Of a stretch of 43,029 bases of DNA, positions 26,680 through 35,985 are shown piece after piece. Position 1 is the stretch's first letter, and each line of letters starts with the position of its first letter. The notes under the pieces are model-generated. The model did no database searches. It saw nothing but the letters and a program-made list of their open reading frames with translations, and was not told the DNA's origin. Location of the stretch: positions 1-43,029 of the IMG/VR virus record IMGVR_UViG_3300028422_001978; one strand, 5' to 3'. Both the position numbers and the translations under genes were made by a program. This DNA is from a virus (Duplodnaviria > Caudoviricetes).

Positions 26680-27992
26680 TGACTGTCCTCCTTGCTATAT
26701 TTCGTGTCCAATACCGTTTGTTTGCATCGATGCTGCCACTTTCTGATTCGCTTGCATCTATCACACATATCTATTTTCTTCCGGCTGATCACACTGACAC
26801 CGCAGCGGCGACAGTATTGTGGCTTAATGCGCTGGAAGCTCTTGCAGACGTCGCAGTTTTCCTCGTTAGCTGTGCAGCCTTCGATGTCATCCCAGAGCAT
26901 ACACATATCTTTCTGAAAGAACTCATCCCAGCCCAGCGCATTCCGCCGCATTTTCAGTAACATCACCAGCCGTGATAGGTCTTTTTCAGTTTGCGTCCGT
27001 GTACGGGAGAGGAAGCGCCCCTGCTTCACTGTCGGCACCGGCGCGCCCGTTCCCCAGGGACCGGAGCCAATCATCGCGCGTATCTTGTCCGCGTTCTCCG
27101 TCAGGTAGGTATAGTACACCTTTCCCCGGACGGCTTTTTCGGACCGCCCGAGCACCATGCCGATGACTGTATAGCTGTCGCCAGCTCTAATGCCGTCCGC
27201 GACAGCTTGGAAATCCGCGTCAGTCCACTCGTTTCGGTTGTCAGCTTTGACCGGGCGCTCTTTCAGCCCCAGATCGGTGCAGCGCCGTTGGATGGCGCCG
27301 GCCGATCGGCGGAGCATCGCGGACAGCTCTGCATACCCGTACTTGTACTGTTTGAGCAGATGCTTAAGACGGTTGTCCTCGGCTGGCGTCCACGGGTCTT
27401 TGCGCTGAAGCGCGAACGCCTCAAAATCCTTGCGGCGCTGCGCCGGTACCCAGTCAGGCTCAATCCCTAGCACAAACGGCTCCATCTTTGAAAAGTCCAG
27501 AAACGCGCGGTTCTTCTCAGCCCATTTCCAGAACTCCTCGATGTACACCACCCTGAACGAACAGGCATTGACGCGCTTCCGGTGGACAGGCAAGCCGCGG
27601 TTTTTTACCCAGCTCTCTATCTTGTACGAGTAGCTTTTTGCGCTCCCCGTCACGGCGGCAAGCAGCTGGTTGAGGGTGACATACTCTCCATTTTCGAGGA
27701 ACGCGCCCAGTCCCAAAGTATCTTTTCGCTGTATCACGCCTTGCCGTGACCGGCCGAGGCTCTGTGCTATCGTGCCGATCGACTTCTTTCCCCAGTTTTC
27801 CTCAAGATAGTCGTCCTCGGCCTTCGTCCAGTTACGCCCCATCTTGACGCCGAGCTTATCTAGCCTGGCAAATACCGCGCACCGGCTCCGCCCCATCTGC
27901 CGCGCGATTTCAGCGGCCGAAAGTTTCTTCCCGACCAACTCGCACAGCAGAGTTTCTTCTTCGGGTGTCCAGCGCCTGTATTCCGTCTTCAT
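26676..27992 (-). CDS. DNA-binding protein with repeated Myb/HTH-like units and a C-terminal Cys cluster
   Basis: Four WT units (WTPEEE, WTKAED, WTPAED, WTDAD), each followed by a GRS/RRS helix. Confidence 0.75.
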   Translation of the reverse strand: MKTEYRRWTPEEETLLCELVGKKLSAAEIARQMGRSRCAVFARLDKLGVKMGRNWTKAEDDYLEENWGKKSIGTIAQSLGRSRQGVIQRKDTLGLGAFLENGEYVTLNQLLAAVTGSAKSYSYKIESWVKNRGLPVHRKRVNACSFRVVYIEEFWKWAEKNRAFLDFSKMEPFVLGIEPDWVPAQRRKDFEAFALQRKDPWTPAEDNRLKHLLKQYKYGYAELSAMLRRSAGAIQRRCTDLGLKERPVKADNRNEWTDADFQAVADGIRAGDSYTVIGMVLGRSEKAVRGKVYYTYLTENADKIRAMIGSGPWGTGAPVPTVKQGRFLSRTRTQTEKDLSRLVMLLKMRRNALGWDEFFQKDMCMLWDDIEGCTANEENCDVCKSFQRIKPQYCRRCGVSVISRKKIDMCDRCKRIRKWQHRCKQTVLDTKYSKEDSQ

Positions 27993-29341
27993 TGTCCGTC
28001 GTCCGGATCTACGGCTTCAGGCTCCGGCTGCTCTGCCTTTTTCTCCGGCTGGTCGAACAACTCATGCGTTCCGTCCTGAAGCGCTTTTTCCTCGTCAGAC
28101 ATTTCATAGCCGAGCGCAGTTAACGTGTCATAGAGCACATCAAGGCTATTGTTTTTTTCATGCTCTATCATGTGCTGCCAGCTTTGTGCGTGGAAATAAT
28201 CGTTGCTCGGCTTATCGTCAAAGCAAGCATAGGCAACAAGAAGCAAGGTTTTTTCCGGCTGTTCATAATACCTTCCAAAAATCAACTTGCGCTTGGCGTC
28301 CTGCACTTCGCTGTTATAATCCTCGCCTGCTGGCTTCTCGATATCGAGCAACTTTAATATATTGTTGAGGTCCGCGTGGCTATATTGAGTCAGCCTCCGG
28401 AAGGCAAGTGTGTAAATATGGGCAGAATGCTTCTTTGCCGCGCCAAACTCCTTTACAAAAGCGTACCTCAGTTCAAATGCTCGCTTCGACAGTTTTTTAA
28501 GCTCTGCCTCGCGCTTGCTGAATATTTTCTCAGCTTCTGTCTTTTCTTTTTTCTCCGGAACATCGGCGGTTTTGTAGAGAGAGATAGCGTAGTCGTTTAA
28601 TGTGTAGAAATACTCCGTCTTGCCCGCGTCCTTCGGCTTTTTAAAATCTTCGCGCTTAAAGGCATGGAAATAGCGAACATTAGATGTGCCCTTAGGTTGA
28701 TCTTTGACTTTTTTTGCCCAATCACCAAGCCACTCCAACATCTCTTTTTTTCTCACGCTCTTCGCTTCTTCCTCGATGCACTGTTCCATTTGCCATTTAA
28801 AATTGTGCGTGCCGATCGCTTCAAGGGCTTTGTGTTTTAACTTGATGTCCTTTATCTGCTCCAGCGCAATATAATCTTGTATTGTGCCACCACGAGAAGA
28901 GGCTGCTTCAAGCTTATCCCGTTTTAGGTCCATGAGCCGTATTCTGTGGCGGATGGTAGTTTCACTGAATCCCGTTTGCTTTGATATTCCCGTAATGGTA
29001 TCGCCCAGGTTGAGCATCATCTGAAAGCCATCGGCCTGCTCCATCACAGTTAGGTCTGCGCGCTGCATGTTTTCAACCAGCATTGTTGCAACCTGCTCGT
29101 GTTTGTCCATGCCAGATATAACGCATGGCAGCTCTTCAACCCCCGCCATCACTGAGGCCGCGTGGCGACGATGCCCGATCACGATACGGTACGTTTCCTC
29201 AAATTCATCGGGTACGACCGTCAGATTTTGCATGACACCCTGTCTCTTTATGCTGTCTGCCAGCTCTGTCAAGTCGCCGAGGTCTTTTCTCGGGTTGTCC
29301 GGATGCGGAAAAAGCAGTCCGGTTTTTATCATCGTTATCAT
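27989..29341 (-). CDS. ParB/Spo0J-domain protein
   Basis: PHPDNPRK, GVMQNLTV, IGHRR and ENMQRADL motifs, plus HTH. Confidence 0.9.
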   Translation of the reverse strand: MITMIKTGLLFPHPDNPRKDLGDLTELADSIKRQGVMQNLTVVPDEFEETYRIVIGHRRHAASVMAGVEELPCVISGMDKHEQVATMLVENMQRADLTVMEQADGFQMMLNLGDTITGISKQTGFSETTIRHRIRLMDLKRDKLEAASSRGGTIQDYIALEQIKDIKLKHKALEAIGTHNFKWQMEQCIEEEAKSVRKKEMLEWLGDWAKKVKDQPKGTSNVRYFHAFKREDFKKPKDAGKTEYFYTLNDYAISLYKTADVPEKKEKTEAEKIFSKREAELKKLSKRAFELRYAFVKEFGAAKKHSAHIYTLAFRRLTQYSHADLNNILKLLDIEKPAGEDYNSEVQDAKRKLIFGRYYEQPEKTLLLVAYACFDDKPSNDYFHAQSWQHMIEHEKNNSLDVLYDTLTALGYEMSDEEKALQDGTHELFDQPEKKAEQPEPEAVDPDDGQ

Positions 29342-29371
29342 TTTTGCTCCTTTCAAATTGCGGGCTGCTGC

Positions 29372-30217
29372 TCAGAAAAACGCGAGCTGCCCTTTTTTTG
29401 TAACTCTATATTCCGTTTCCGGCTCTGCCAGCATCTCGGTGATCTCCGGTGCTTTGGCCGCAGCGCTGAATATCATGTCCATCTGCGACCATACCCGGCG
29501 CCAGTGCCATATCTCCGTGAAGTAGAACGGGGTGAACCATACATTGCTGTCATTCTGACGGGGTATCAACCCGCGCCCGTCGTAGCTGATGGACGGACTG
29601 GTGATCGTATTGTCGATAACCACGTAGCCAGGGCAGCCCATAAGCGAGAGTTGAATGTAGCACATGCAGCCTACGATCATGTCGATATCCTGAGCTACGA
29701 ATAGCACGGAGTTGTGGTAGTTGACGTTCTGCCTTCTGCATTCGTTGGCGAAGGCTACAAGCAGCGCGCCAGCTCCGCAGCACGGATCGCTGGCGGATAT
29801 CCAGCCCTTTTCATCGATGTGGGCCTGTAGGTCGGTGCTGTTGATCTGTGCCATCATCCGGCATACGCTGTACGGTGTGAAGAATTGACCCTTGTAGTCG
29901 TTACTTAGCTCCAGCGCCATGAACATCTCGCCGAGGAAATCCTGATCTAGGTTCTCTTCCATGCCCATCACCGTTTCGGCAAACATGTTGCCGAATTCCA
30001 CGTATTCCTCGTCGCTGTATTTCTTGCGCATGCCGTGGTATATCTGGGTTCGGTGTTCCGCGTTTGCATGATCAACGACGTTGGATATCTCGATCGCCGC
30101 CATCGTCACGAAGTCACTCCACACGTTCCAGCGGGAATGCCGGTAGCACAGCCGGTCAAAGCTCTTTGCGATATTCTTTTGATGGCCACCTCTGACCAGC
30201 TGTGCGCTGCTACTCAT
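29372..30217 (-). CDS. N6-adenine DNA methyltransferase-like protein
   Basis: GQFFTPY, motif I DPCCGAG, AQDID; no NPP[YF], but TPFY is present. Confidence 0.8.
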   Translation of the reverse strand: MSSSAQLVRGGHQKNIAKSFDRLCYRHSRWNVWSDFVTMAAIEISNVVDHANAEHRTQIYHGMRKKYSDEEYVEFGNMFAETVMGMEENLDQDFLGEMFMALELSNDYKGQFFTPYSVCRMMAQINSTDLQAHIDEKGWISASDPCCGAGALLVAFANECRRQNVNYHNSVLFVAQDIDMIVGCMCYIQLSLMGCPGYVVIDNTITSPSISYDGRGLIPRQNDSNVWFTPFYFTEIWHWRRVWSQMDMIFSAAAKAPEITEMLAEPETEYRVTKKGQLAFF

Positions 30218-30783
30218 GACTCGGACTCAATGTCCCCGTCATCCTCAATGCGCTCATATCCATAACCGTCATCAGCTTCCTCGTCATCATCGGCCAAGTC
30301 GTTTATATCCGGCGCTTCTTCGGTCTCAAGCGATTCCATGCCGTCAACGTTTTCACCGCGCATGTCACCTGCTTCATCACTGGCCTTGTCGATATCCTCG
30401 ACTGTCGGGAGGTTTTGCGTTGTTATCGGACCGACGGAAAGCTTGTCAATCACCTCGCGCTGGAAGTACTGCAACCACAGGTAATGCATGTTTTTGAATA
30501 GCCGTTTAATCTTGTTGAAGAGGACATCGCTGATTGAGAATGTCTCGGACATCTGGTATTCCAACTCACCGTCCTCGAATGTGAATACGATCTTTGCTTC
30601 GGGGCTTCTGTACCCGACTTCGTCCGCCTGTTCCAGCATGCTCATCTGTTCGCCCACGCCATTAGTGGGACAGATTGTGAGCGATATGGGGTATTTGTCT
30701 TGCCTGAATCGGAAAACGAGGTTGTTTTCGTCGCAGATACCCTGCAGCTTCTTTTTGTACGCATCGAACTTGAAATTTTCCAT
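30214..30783 (-). CDS. Hypothetical protein with acidic tail
   Basis: GAGGAG RBS before MENFKF. Confidence 0.75.
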   Translation of the reverse strand: MENFKFDAYKKKLQGICDENNLVFRFRQDKYPISLTICPTNGVGEQMSMLEQADEVGYRSPEAKIVFTFEDGELEYQMSETFSISDVLFNKIKRLFKNMHYLWLQYFQREVIDKLSVGPITTQNLPTVEDIDKASDEAGDMRGENVDGMESLETEEAPDINDLADDDEEADDGYGYERIEDDGDIESES

Positions 30784-30796
30784 GATATTTCTCCTC

Positions 30797-31267
30797 TCAT
30801 TTATTTGCGGTGAGGATTGTGACCTCGATCCGCGGTTGTCGTGAATAAAACTTTCTGACCTGTGCGTCAACTACTTGCGCATCATCCTTGTACGCAACTT
30901 TGTTTAAGCTGTCAGCCACCACTTTTGCGATGTTGTCCCAGTCTGGCTTTTTTGTTGGTCGAATCTCGCCGGTTTCTTTTTTTCTTTGCATTACCTTTGA
31001 GTCGCTTTTTGGAATCGTGTAGTATGCCATGACACGCATATCGAGCATCGCGTTATCTTGAAACTTGAATATTCCTATCTGCCGTCGATATTCGGATTTA
31101 ATGAGGTTCTCGTACTGCACGGTTTTATCCGGTGTATATTCGCTGATTATGGCGCGTCCTGTTTTTGGGTCTACGACAGGCTGTCTTGTTTTCTTGTTGA
31201 ACAGGGCCACCGCTCGCGCTCTCTCCTTACCCTGGGGTTCACCCAACACTGTGAATTTAACTTTCAC
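30797..31267 (-). CDS. rusA: RusA-family Holliday junction resolvase
   Basis: KKPDWDNIAKVVADSLN...YKDDAQV. Confidence 0.93.
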   Translation of the reverse strand: MKVKFTVLGEPQGKERARAVALFNKKTRQPVVDPKTGRAIISEYTPDKTVQYENLIKSEYRRQIGIFKFQDNAMLDMRVMAYYTIPKSDSKVMQRKKETGEIRPTKKPDWDNIAKVVADSLNKVAYKDDAQVVDAQVRKFYSRQPRIEVTILTANK

Positions 31268-31419
31268 CCTCTCAACCTCCATATCAGCCTTTTAAGCCAC
31301 CCGTGGCGGTGCTTCCAGTTATCTTCCGGCCCCATGTTTATCCACTTACACCAGCAGCATGGAGTGTCCATCATGTGCCGCGGGTTATGCTTGCATGTGG
31401 TGCAGTCTTTTTCTTGCAT
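31264..31419 (-). CDS. Small Cys-rich protein, 51 aa
   Basis: MQEKDCTTCKH...PCCWC...; overlaps both neighbours. Confidence 0.6.
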   Translation of the reverse strand: MQEKDCTTCKHNPRHMMDTPCCWCKWINMGPEDNWKHRHGWLKRLIWRLRG

Positions 31420-31979
31420 CACTTCACCTCTTCGTATGGATCCGGCAAAGTGAACTTCCAGTAGCGCCTTGAACCTTTTTTACGGAACCAGTTGTGACCA
31501 CCATGGCCAGCAAAAAATATGTATTCCACTGGAAGTACTCGCCCCACATCCTCAACACCTTGCTTTTCAAATAGCCACCGCGTCACAACATCTTTGGCAA
31601 TTTCACGAAGCTCTTCGAACAGCTCTTTATTTTTCTCACCGTATATTTTAGGATTGTCGCTATAAGCAAACTGTGACCTCTGTTTTATAACAGCACTGAT
31701 TGTGTCGGGGTATTTTTCGTGATCGACTCGGTTGAGGACTGTCCAGACAACGGATGCTCTTTCAGCCGTTTTCTTTACGCCTCTGCACTCATTCCACATC
31801 AATTTCGCAAGCATATCGATCTCTGTCTCATACTCGCCGAGCTGATCAGTCACTGTGGTTACGTCATCAATGGTGACGGATATCGTATGAGTGTCTTCCG
31901 GATCCGCCGCTTGTCCAATATTTACGTACATACAAAGCGTGCATACTATCACAACAAAAGATATAAGTATTTTCTTCAT
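31419..31979 (-). CDS. SleB-like cell wall hydrolase (Hydrolase_2) with signal peptide
   Basis: LAKLMWNECRG...VLNRV...YPDTI..VI.Q..QF; N-terminal MKKILISF hydrophobic leader. Confidence 0.85.
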   Translation of the reverse strand: MKKILISFVVIVCTLCMYVNIGQAADPEDTHTISVTIDDVTTVTDQLGEYETEIDMLAKLMWNECRGVKKTAERASVVWTVLNRVDHEKYPDTISAVIKQRSQFAYSDNPKIYGEKNKELFEELREIAKDVVTRWLFEKQGVEDVGRVLPVEYIFFAGHGGHNWFRKKGSRRYWKFTLPDPYEEVK

Positions 31980-31995
31980 GGTTACCTCCAAAATC

Positions 31996-32805
31996 TTATT
32001 TGTCTTTCAGTCGGTAATTGCGCCCCTCTCGGCGCGAAATATCCAGCGCATAATCGCCACACATTTGCTTTATCCGGCTTCCCATCGCTTCATCCAGCGA
32101 TATTATCTCGTCTATGTTCCTCTCAGACGTGATGATCGTTATACCGCCGCGTACATAGCGTTTGTTGATAATTCTGAATGAGTGGTCTATATCCGCTGCT
32201 GTCGGTGGTTTGACCCTGCCGGAAACCTGGTCTAATACAGGCTTCATGAAATCGTCGATGTACAGCACCGCGCACTCCCCGCAATCATTCAGCAGTTTGT
32301 AATATTCCTCATCATCGTTGACGTTGGCTTTCATCTCCGTCATTAGCAGACCATGTATCGCATACCGTGTAGATTCACCGCGGTTGAGATAGTGGGCACT
32401 TACCGCCGTTCCAAGATGAGTCTTTCCGCAGCCTGGTTGACCGGAGAGATACATGAAACGCGCCTTGTTTTGCTGTATAAATCTCTGGCACATATCAAGC
32501 ATTGATTTTTGCCACGGCTCAATGGCATTGAAGTTATCAAAGCTGTTTATTTGCAAAAACTCCTCGACCTCTTCAGCGCTCTTTCCAAATCCCGAGTTTT
32601 CAAGCCGTAATAGCGAGCGGTATCTTTCCGCCGCGCGATCTGTTTCCATCATGGCAATTTCAGCGCTTTTTTTTAATCGCTGTTCCCACGCTTCTTTTCC
32701 ATGTTCAGCGATAAATAATTTTCTGCGTTCTCGAGCTTCGCGCAGACCGTCAGCAAAAGCGCCGCCGATGCCTATAAACTCCGATATGTGATCAATATCG
32801 TCCAT
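31996..32805 (-). CDS. DnaC/IstB-like helicase loader ATPase
   Basis: SFDNF, GQPGCGKTHL, LYIDD, IINKRY and TIITS motifs. Confidence 0.92.
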   Translation of the reverse strand: MDDIDHISEFIGIGGAFADGLREARERRKLFIAEHGKEAWEQRLKKSAEIAMMETDRAAERYRSLLRLENSGFGKSAEEVEEFLQINSFDNFNAIEPWQKSMLDMCQRFIQQNKARFMYLSGQPGCGKTHLGTAVSAHYLNRGESTRYAIHGLLMTEMKANVNDDEEYYKLLNDCGECAVLYIDDFMKPVLDQVSGRVKPPTAADIDHSFRIINKRYVRGGITIITSERNIDEIISLDEAMGSRIKQMCGDYALDISRREGRNYRLKDK

Positions 32806-32806
32806 G

Positions 32807-33598
32807 TCATACCTCCTGTGTGTATCGCGGTTTATCTGGCGGTTTGTTTGGTTGCGGAGATGCGCGAGCATTGTCTTTTATCTCAAAAACGCCAAGCCAC
32901 CCACGCTCGATACTCTGATTTAGTATGGCGATTTTATCCTCATCCGTTTGTGCCAGTCTGTTTAGTTTTGCAATCATGAGTTCAACCGCTTTTGGTGTCA
33001 TTGTCCTTTTAAGTGCTTTGCGGTGTGCTTTAAAATCAGCTATCGCTTTTTCAAGTGGCGAAGCAGCATGCGCTTGCGCGTGGTCTTGGTCTTGGTCTTG
33101 GTCTTGGTCTTGGTTATGGTTTGGTATTGGTAGTGATACCGTTTCGATACCGTCTCGATACCGTCTCGATACCGTCTCGATACCGTTGAGTGGCTCTGGA
33201 AATTCATCTATGTATTTTTCACAATAAGTGTATAAATCTTCGTAAAATAATTCGTATAAATGACTTTCGACAAAGCCGGATATTTCATTAAAACTTCCTC
33301 GTGCGTGATTCATATTGTTGTATGGATTAAATTTTAAAAACTGCTTTATAAAAACAATGTCGCCGTCACATGCGATCAGTTCCGCATCCTCAAGTACTTT
33401 CATTGCTGATTTATATTTAACTTCTGTCCAATCAAGATCAGTTAATGCATATCCTATCGGTAATATAAAAATGCCAGCGCTATTTCCATGAGGGCATGAT
33501 AGCAAATACATATAGGCTAGCTTAGCAGTATCATCCACTGATTTTAGCTTTTTGCTGCCCCATATTGTTGACTGAACTTTTGAATATCTGCTTGCCAT
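32807..33598 (-). CDS. Phage replication initiator
   Basis: Upstream of the loader; N-terminal wHTH-like region, internal repeats, C-terminal ILNQSIERGWLGVF. Confidence 0.85.
   Translation of the reverse strand: MASRYSKVQSTIWGSKKLKSVDDTAKLAYMYLLSCPHGNSAGIFILPIGYALTDLDWTEVKYKSAMKVLEDAELIACDGDIVFIKQFLKFNPYNNMNHARGSFNEISGFVESHLYELFYEDLYTYCEKYIDEFPEPLNGIETVSRRYRDGIETVSLPIPNHNQDQDQDQDQDHAQAHAASPLEKAIADFKAHRKALKRTMTPKAVELMIAKLNRLAQTDEDKIAILNQSIERGWLGVFEIKDNARASPQPNKPPDKPRYTQEV
33081..33110. repeat. (TGGTCT)x5 repeat encoding a QD linker
   Basis: Seen directly in the sequence. Confidence 0.9.
33135..33186. repeat. Five 11-bp iterons (GATACCGTCTC), probable replication origin
   Basis: Three perfect and two variant tandem copies inside the initiator gene, near an AT-rich tract. 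Confidence 0.8.
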
Positions 33599-33693
33599 AA
33601 TGAACCTCTCAAAATAATCTATCTAAAATATAATTTAAGCGTCATGTTGTTAGGATTATGGGGCCAGCCTGTGCCGACCCCAATTCGTCATGA

Positions 33694-33954
33694 TCAGAGA
33701 CCGGCATCGTCCAGAGGCGGCAACCCCGCATCGTCCGTGGTATTTGATGGCTCGTCATCATCATTGCCAAATAACAAATCGAGCGTTTCAGTTAAATTGT
33801 AAGACTTCACTTTTTTGATAGCGCGAAGAGTTACTTTTAGCTGAATCTCTGCTTTCAGCAGCTCTTCAAACCGCTGTGCGCTGATTGTTGTAACGTCCTG
33901 ATCTGCACACAAAAGTCCTTCTTGAATCGTGGCTGTTTCCGAAGTGTTAACCAT
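33694..33954 (-). CDS. Hypothetical protein
   Basis: AAGGAG RBS. Confidence 0.7.
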   Translation of the reverse strand: MVNTSETATIQEGLLCADQDVTTISAQRFEELLKAEIQLKVTLRAIKKVKSYNLTETLDLLFGNDDDEPSNTTDDAGLPPLDDAGL

Positions 33955-33969
33955 GTAGAATCTCCTTTC

Positions 33970-34248
33970 TTAAAGATAGCTTTTTCCGAACACCTGCATG
34001 AATCTGTTCCGCCCATACAGCTGCTCAAATCGCTTTTGGGTTTCCTGTTTAATCTGCAGATCAAGCTTGCTGTCAAAATGTACGCCGCGGTCACTCATGT
34101 TGTGGTAGTCTGCGCGAAGCCATATCCAGCAGCCCCATTTATCTGAAGCTTTGCGGCGGCATCCATCGAATACGTGATGACAGTGAAGTCCGCTGACGCT
34201 GCCGGTTATGTAGCATTCCTTTTTTTCCTGCATGATGCTATCTGCCAT
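33970..34248 (-). CDS. HNH-like (Ref/NinG-type) small nuclease
   Basis: CYITG...HCHHVF...HN....GVH...FGKSYL. Confidence 0.7.
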   Translation of the reverse strand: MADSIMQEKKECYITGSVSGLHCHHVFDGCRRKASDKWGCWIWLRADYHNMSDRGVHFDSKLDLQIKQETQKRFEQLYGRNRFMQVFGKSYL

Positions 34249-34777
34249 TGTCTGCCTCCCATAACGCTTTCTGCCGGGCAAGCTCTTCCGGTGTCTCAAC
34301 CTCAATGCCGAGTTCTTGAGCTTCGTACCGGGCGCCATCTATGAGGCGGTACATTTCTTTAGTATCCATATGTCTTGTCCGCTTGTAGACCAAATAGCAG
34401 TTGAATGTCACGCCATTCTCCACGCGTGTATCGAAGCACTTTGTATAAGGATAGATCGTTTTGATATCTACGGCCTCTGGCAGCTTCAGGCCAACGGTTG
34501 CACCGTCACCGTATTTTGCGAGGGCTCCGTACTCACAGACCAGACGCGCCTTGACTTCCTCTTCTCCCAGGCATTGAGCTTCGGCGATTTTGCTTCGTAG
34601 CACATGGAAATAAGAATTGGCAGTCTTTGACCTGATCTCGCGAAACTTTTTGATATCCACGCTTACATCGACTTCCTTGAGACTGTCGAACGTCTGGCGG
34701 AAATCTTTGTCGAGCTCAATTGTGATGCGCTGTTTCCGATTAAGGCCGAACGACAGATCAATCAGTTTGCCTTTCAT
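34238..34777 (-). CDS. NinB/Orf-like recombination mediator
   Basis: RSKTANSYFH...KIA and TRHMDTKEMYRLID...ELGI motifs. Confidence 0.72.
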   Translation of the reverse strand: MKGKLIDLSFGLNRKQRITIELDKDFRQTFDSLKEVDVSVDIKKFREIRSKTANSYFHVLRSKIAEAQCLGEEEVKARLVCEYGALAKYGDGATVGLKLPEAVDIKTIYPYTKCFDTRVENGVTFNCYLVYKRTRHMDTKEMYRLIDGARYEAQELGIEVETPEELARQKALWEADNGR

Positions 34778-34795
34778 GTATCCTCATCCTCGTTC

Positions 34796-35359
34796 TCAGA
34801 ACGGCATATGTTCGTCGTCCGGCGGACCGTAGTCAGGTTCAAAATCCAGATCGTTATACATATCTTGTTTTTTGTTTAAAAGCTTATCTTCTGGAATAGT
34901 GAACTCGCCACTTCTTATGACCTGAACCGAGCGTGGCTGAAATGGCTTTGTGGAGAATGCTGTGCCGCCTTTTGTCTTTTGGTACTCCTCACGCCGAAAG
35001 AGCATCCCAATCAGTTTCCCTTTGAGCTTTTGTTCGTCAAAGTCCCATGTAAAGTTGTTGCTCTTTTCAATGTCCTGTACGAGCCCTTTAAAAAAACCAG
35101 CGGACTCAGGCGTAAGCATTTGATAGTATTTGCACCCCCACTTCTTTTCCTCGCGCGTGTCTGCCCTGTATGCTTTCATAAAGAAGTCTTTGTGTTCGCC
35201 CTCAGCGACATCAAGCAATAACTCAAGCATCGGTTTTTGCTTTTTGGAGAGAGTTTCTTTTGCGCCCATGATCTTGAGCACATGTCCCCCCGCAGGCAGT
35301 TCTTGGCGCTCACCAGTAACAACCTTCGCAGCATCGTAACCTTCCGGTTTCGTAATCAT
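34796..35359 (-). CDS. SSB-like protein (DUF669/gp2.5-type)
   Basis: LPAGGH.LKI start; acidic DDEHMPF tail; follows the Sak4-like gene. Confidence 0.72.
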   Translation of the reverse strand: MITKPEGYDAAKVVTGERQELPAGGHVLKIMGAKETLSKKQKPMLELLLDVAEGEHKDFFMKAYRADTREEKKWGCKYYQMLTPESAGFFKGLVQDIEKSNNFTWDFDEQKLKGKLIGMLFRREEYQKTKGGTAFSTKPFQPRSVQVIRSGEFTIPEDKLLNKKQDMYNDLDFEPDYGPPDDEHMPF

Positions 35360-35985
35360 TTCGCACCTCCGAGGTTGTAGTATTCGCGGATAGTGTCATC
35401 GACTAGCTTTAAGTCGTTTTCGATCTCTTCCGGAAACATATCCATCGGCGTTTTTGCTATGTCAAAGCCGTCGGACTGAGTTTTGAAAATATGCCGCCCA
35501 TCCACCAACGCGCTTCTCAAGACAATCGTGAACATTCCCTCGATGCAGACCTTTTCATCTAGCATCTTTCCGATTGTCTTAGGCTTGACTTCTCCAAAGT
35601 CGTTCTTCTCTTCATGCATCATGAAATACACGATCTTTTGTGGTGGCAATTTGTCAGCAACAAACCGTATCAAAGCCCAAAAGCTATCTCCAATATCGTT
35701 GTAGAACGAGAAGATTGCGTTGCCAGCACCGGATGAAGAATGGCCGCGCATAAAAGCGTTCGTCATGAGGTACCCAGAATCGTCAATCACTATGCTCAAG
35801 GCTGCTGATTTGGCAATTATGCTTTTGATGTTTTTGTAATCGTCTGTGATCGCGCAGGGCAATGTATTTTTGAACGGCATCGGTTTGCCGAGCACGTTTA
35901 TGATGCCAATGTTTTCTTTGAAATTGCGTAGGCTTGTTGATTTTCCGCTGCCGCTTTTACCGATTATCAGAATAGGCAATCCCAT
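35356..35985 (-). CDS. Sak4-like AAA ATPase (single-strand annealing)
   Basis: GKSGSGKST, IVIDD, IGKMLD and AKTPM motifs. Confidence 0.85.
   Translation of the reverse strand: MGLPILIIGKSGSGKSTSLRNFKENIGIINVLGKPMPFKNTLPCAITDDYKNIKSIIAKSAALSIVIDDSGYLMTNAFMRGHSSSGAGNAIFSFYNDIGDSFWALIRFVADKLPPQKIVYFMMHEEKNDFGEVKPKTIGKMLDEKVCIEGMFTIVLRSALVDGRHIFKTQSDGFDIAKTPMDMFPEEIENDLKLVDDTIREYYNLGGAK

Noticed and set aside
33081-33186. Short repeats as a CRISPR array
   Set aside because: Head-to-tail 6- and 11-bp units with no spacers, inside a CDS; no cas genes
33660-33681. GC hairpin GGGGTCGGC-ACAG-GCTGGCCCC as a terminator
   Set aside because: No U tract on the - strand; at most a pause or stability hairpin
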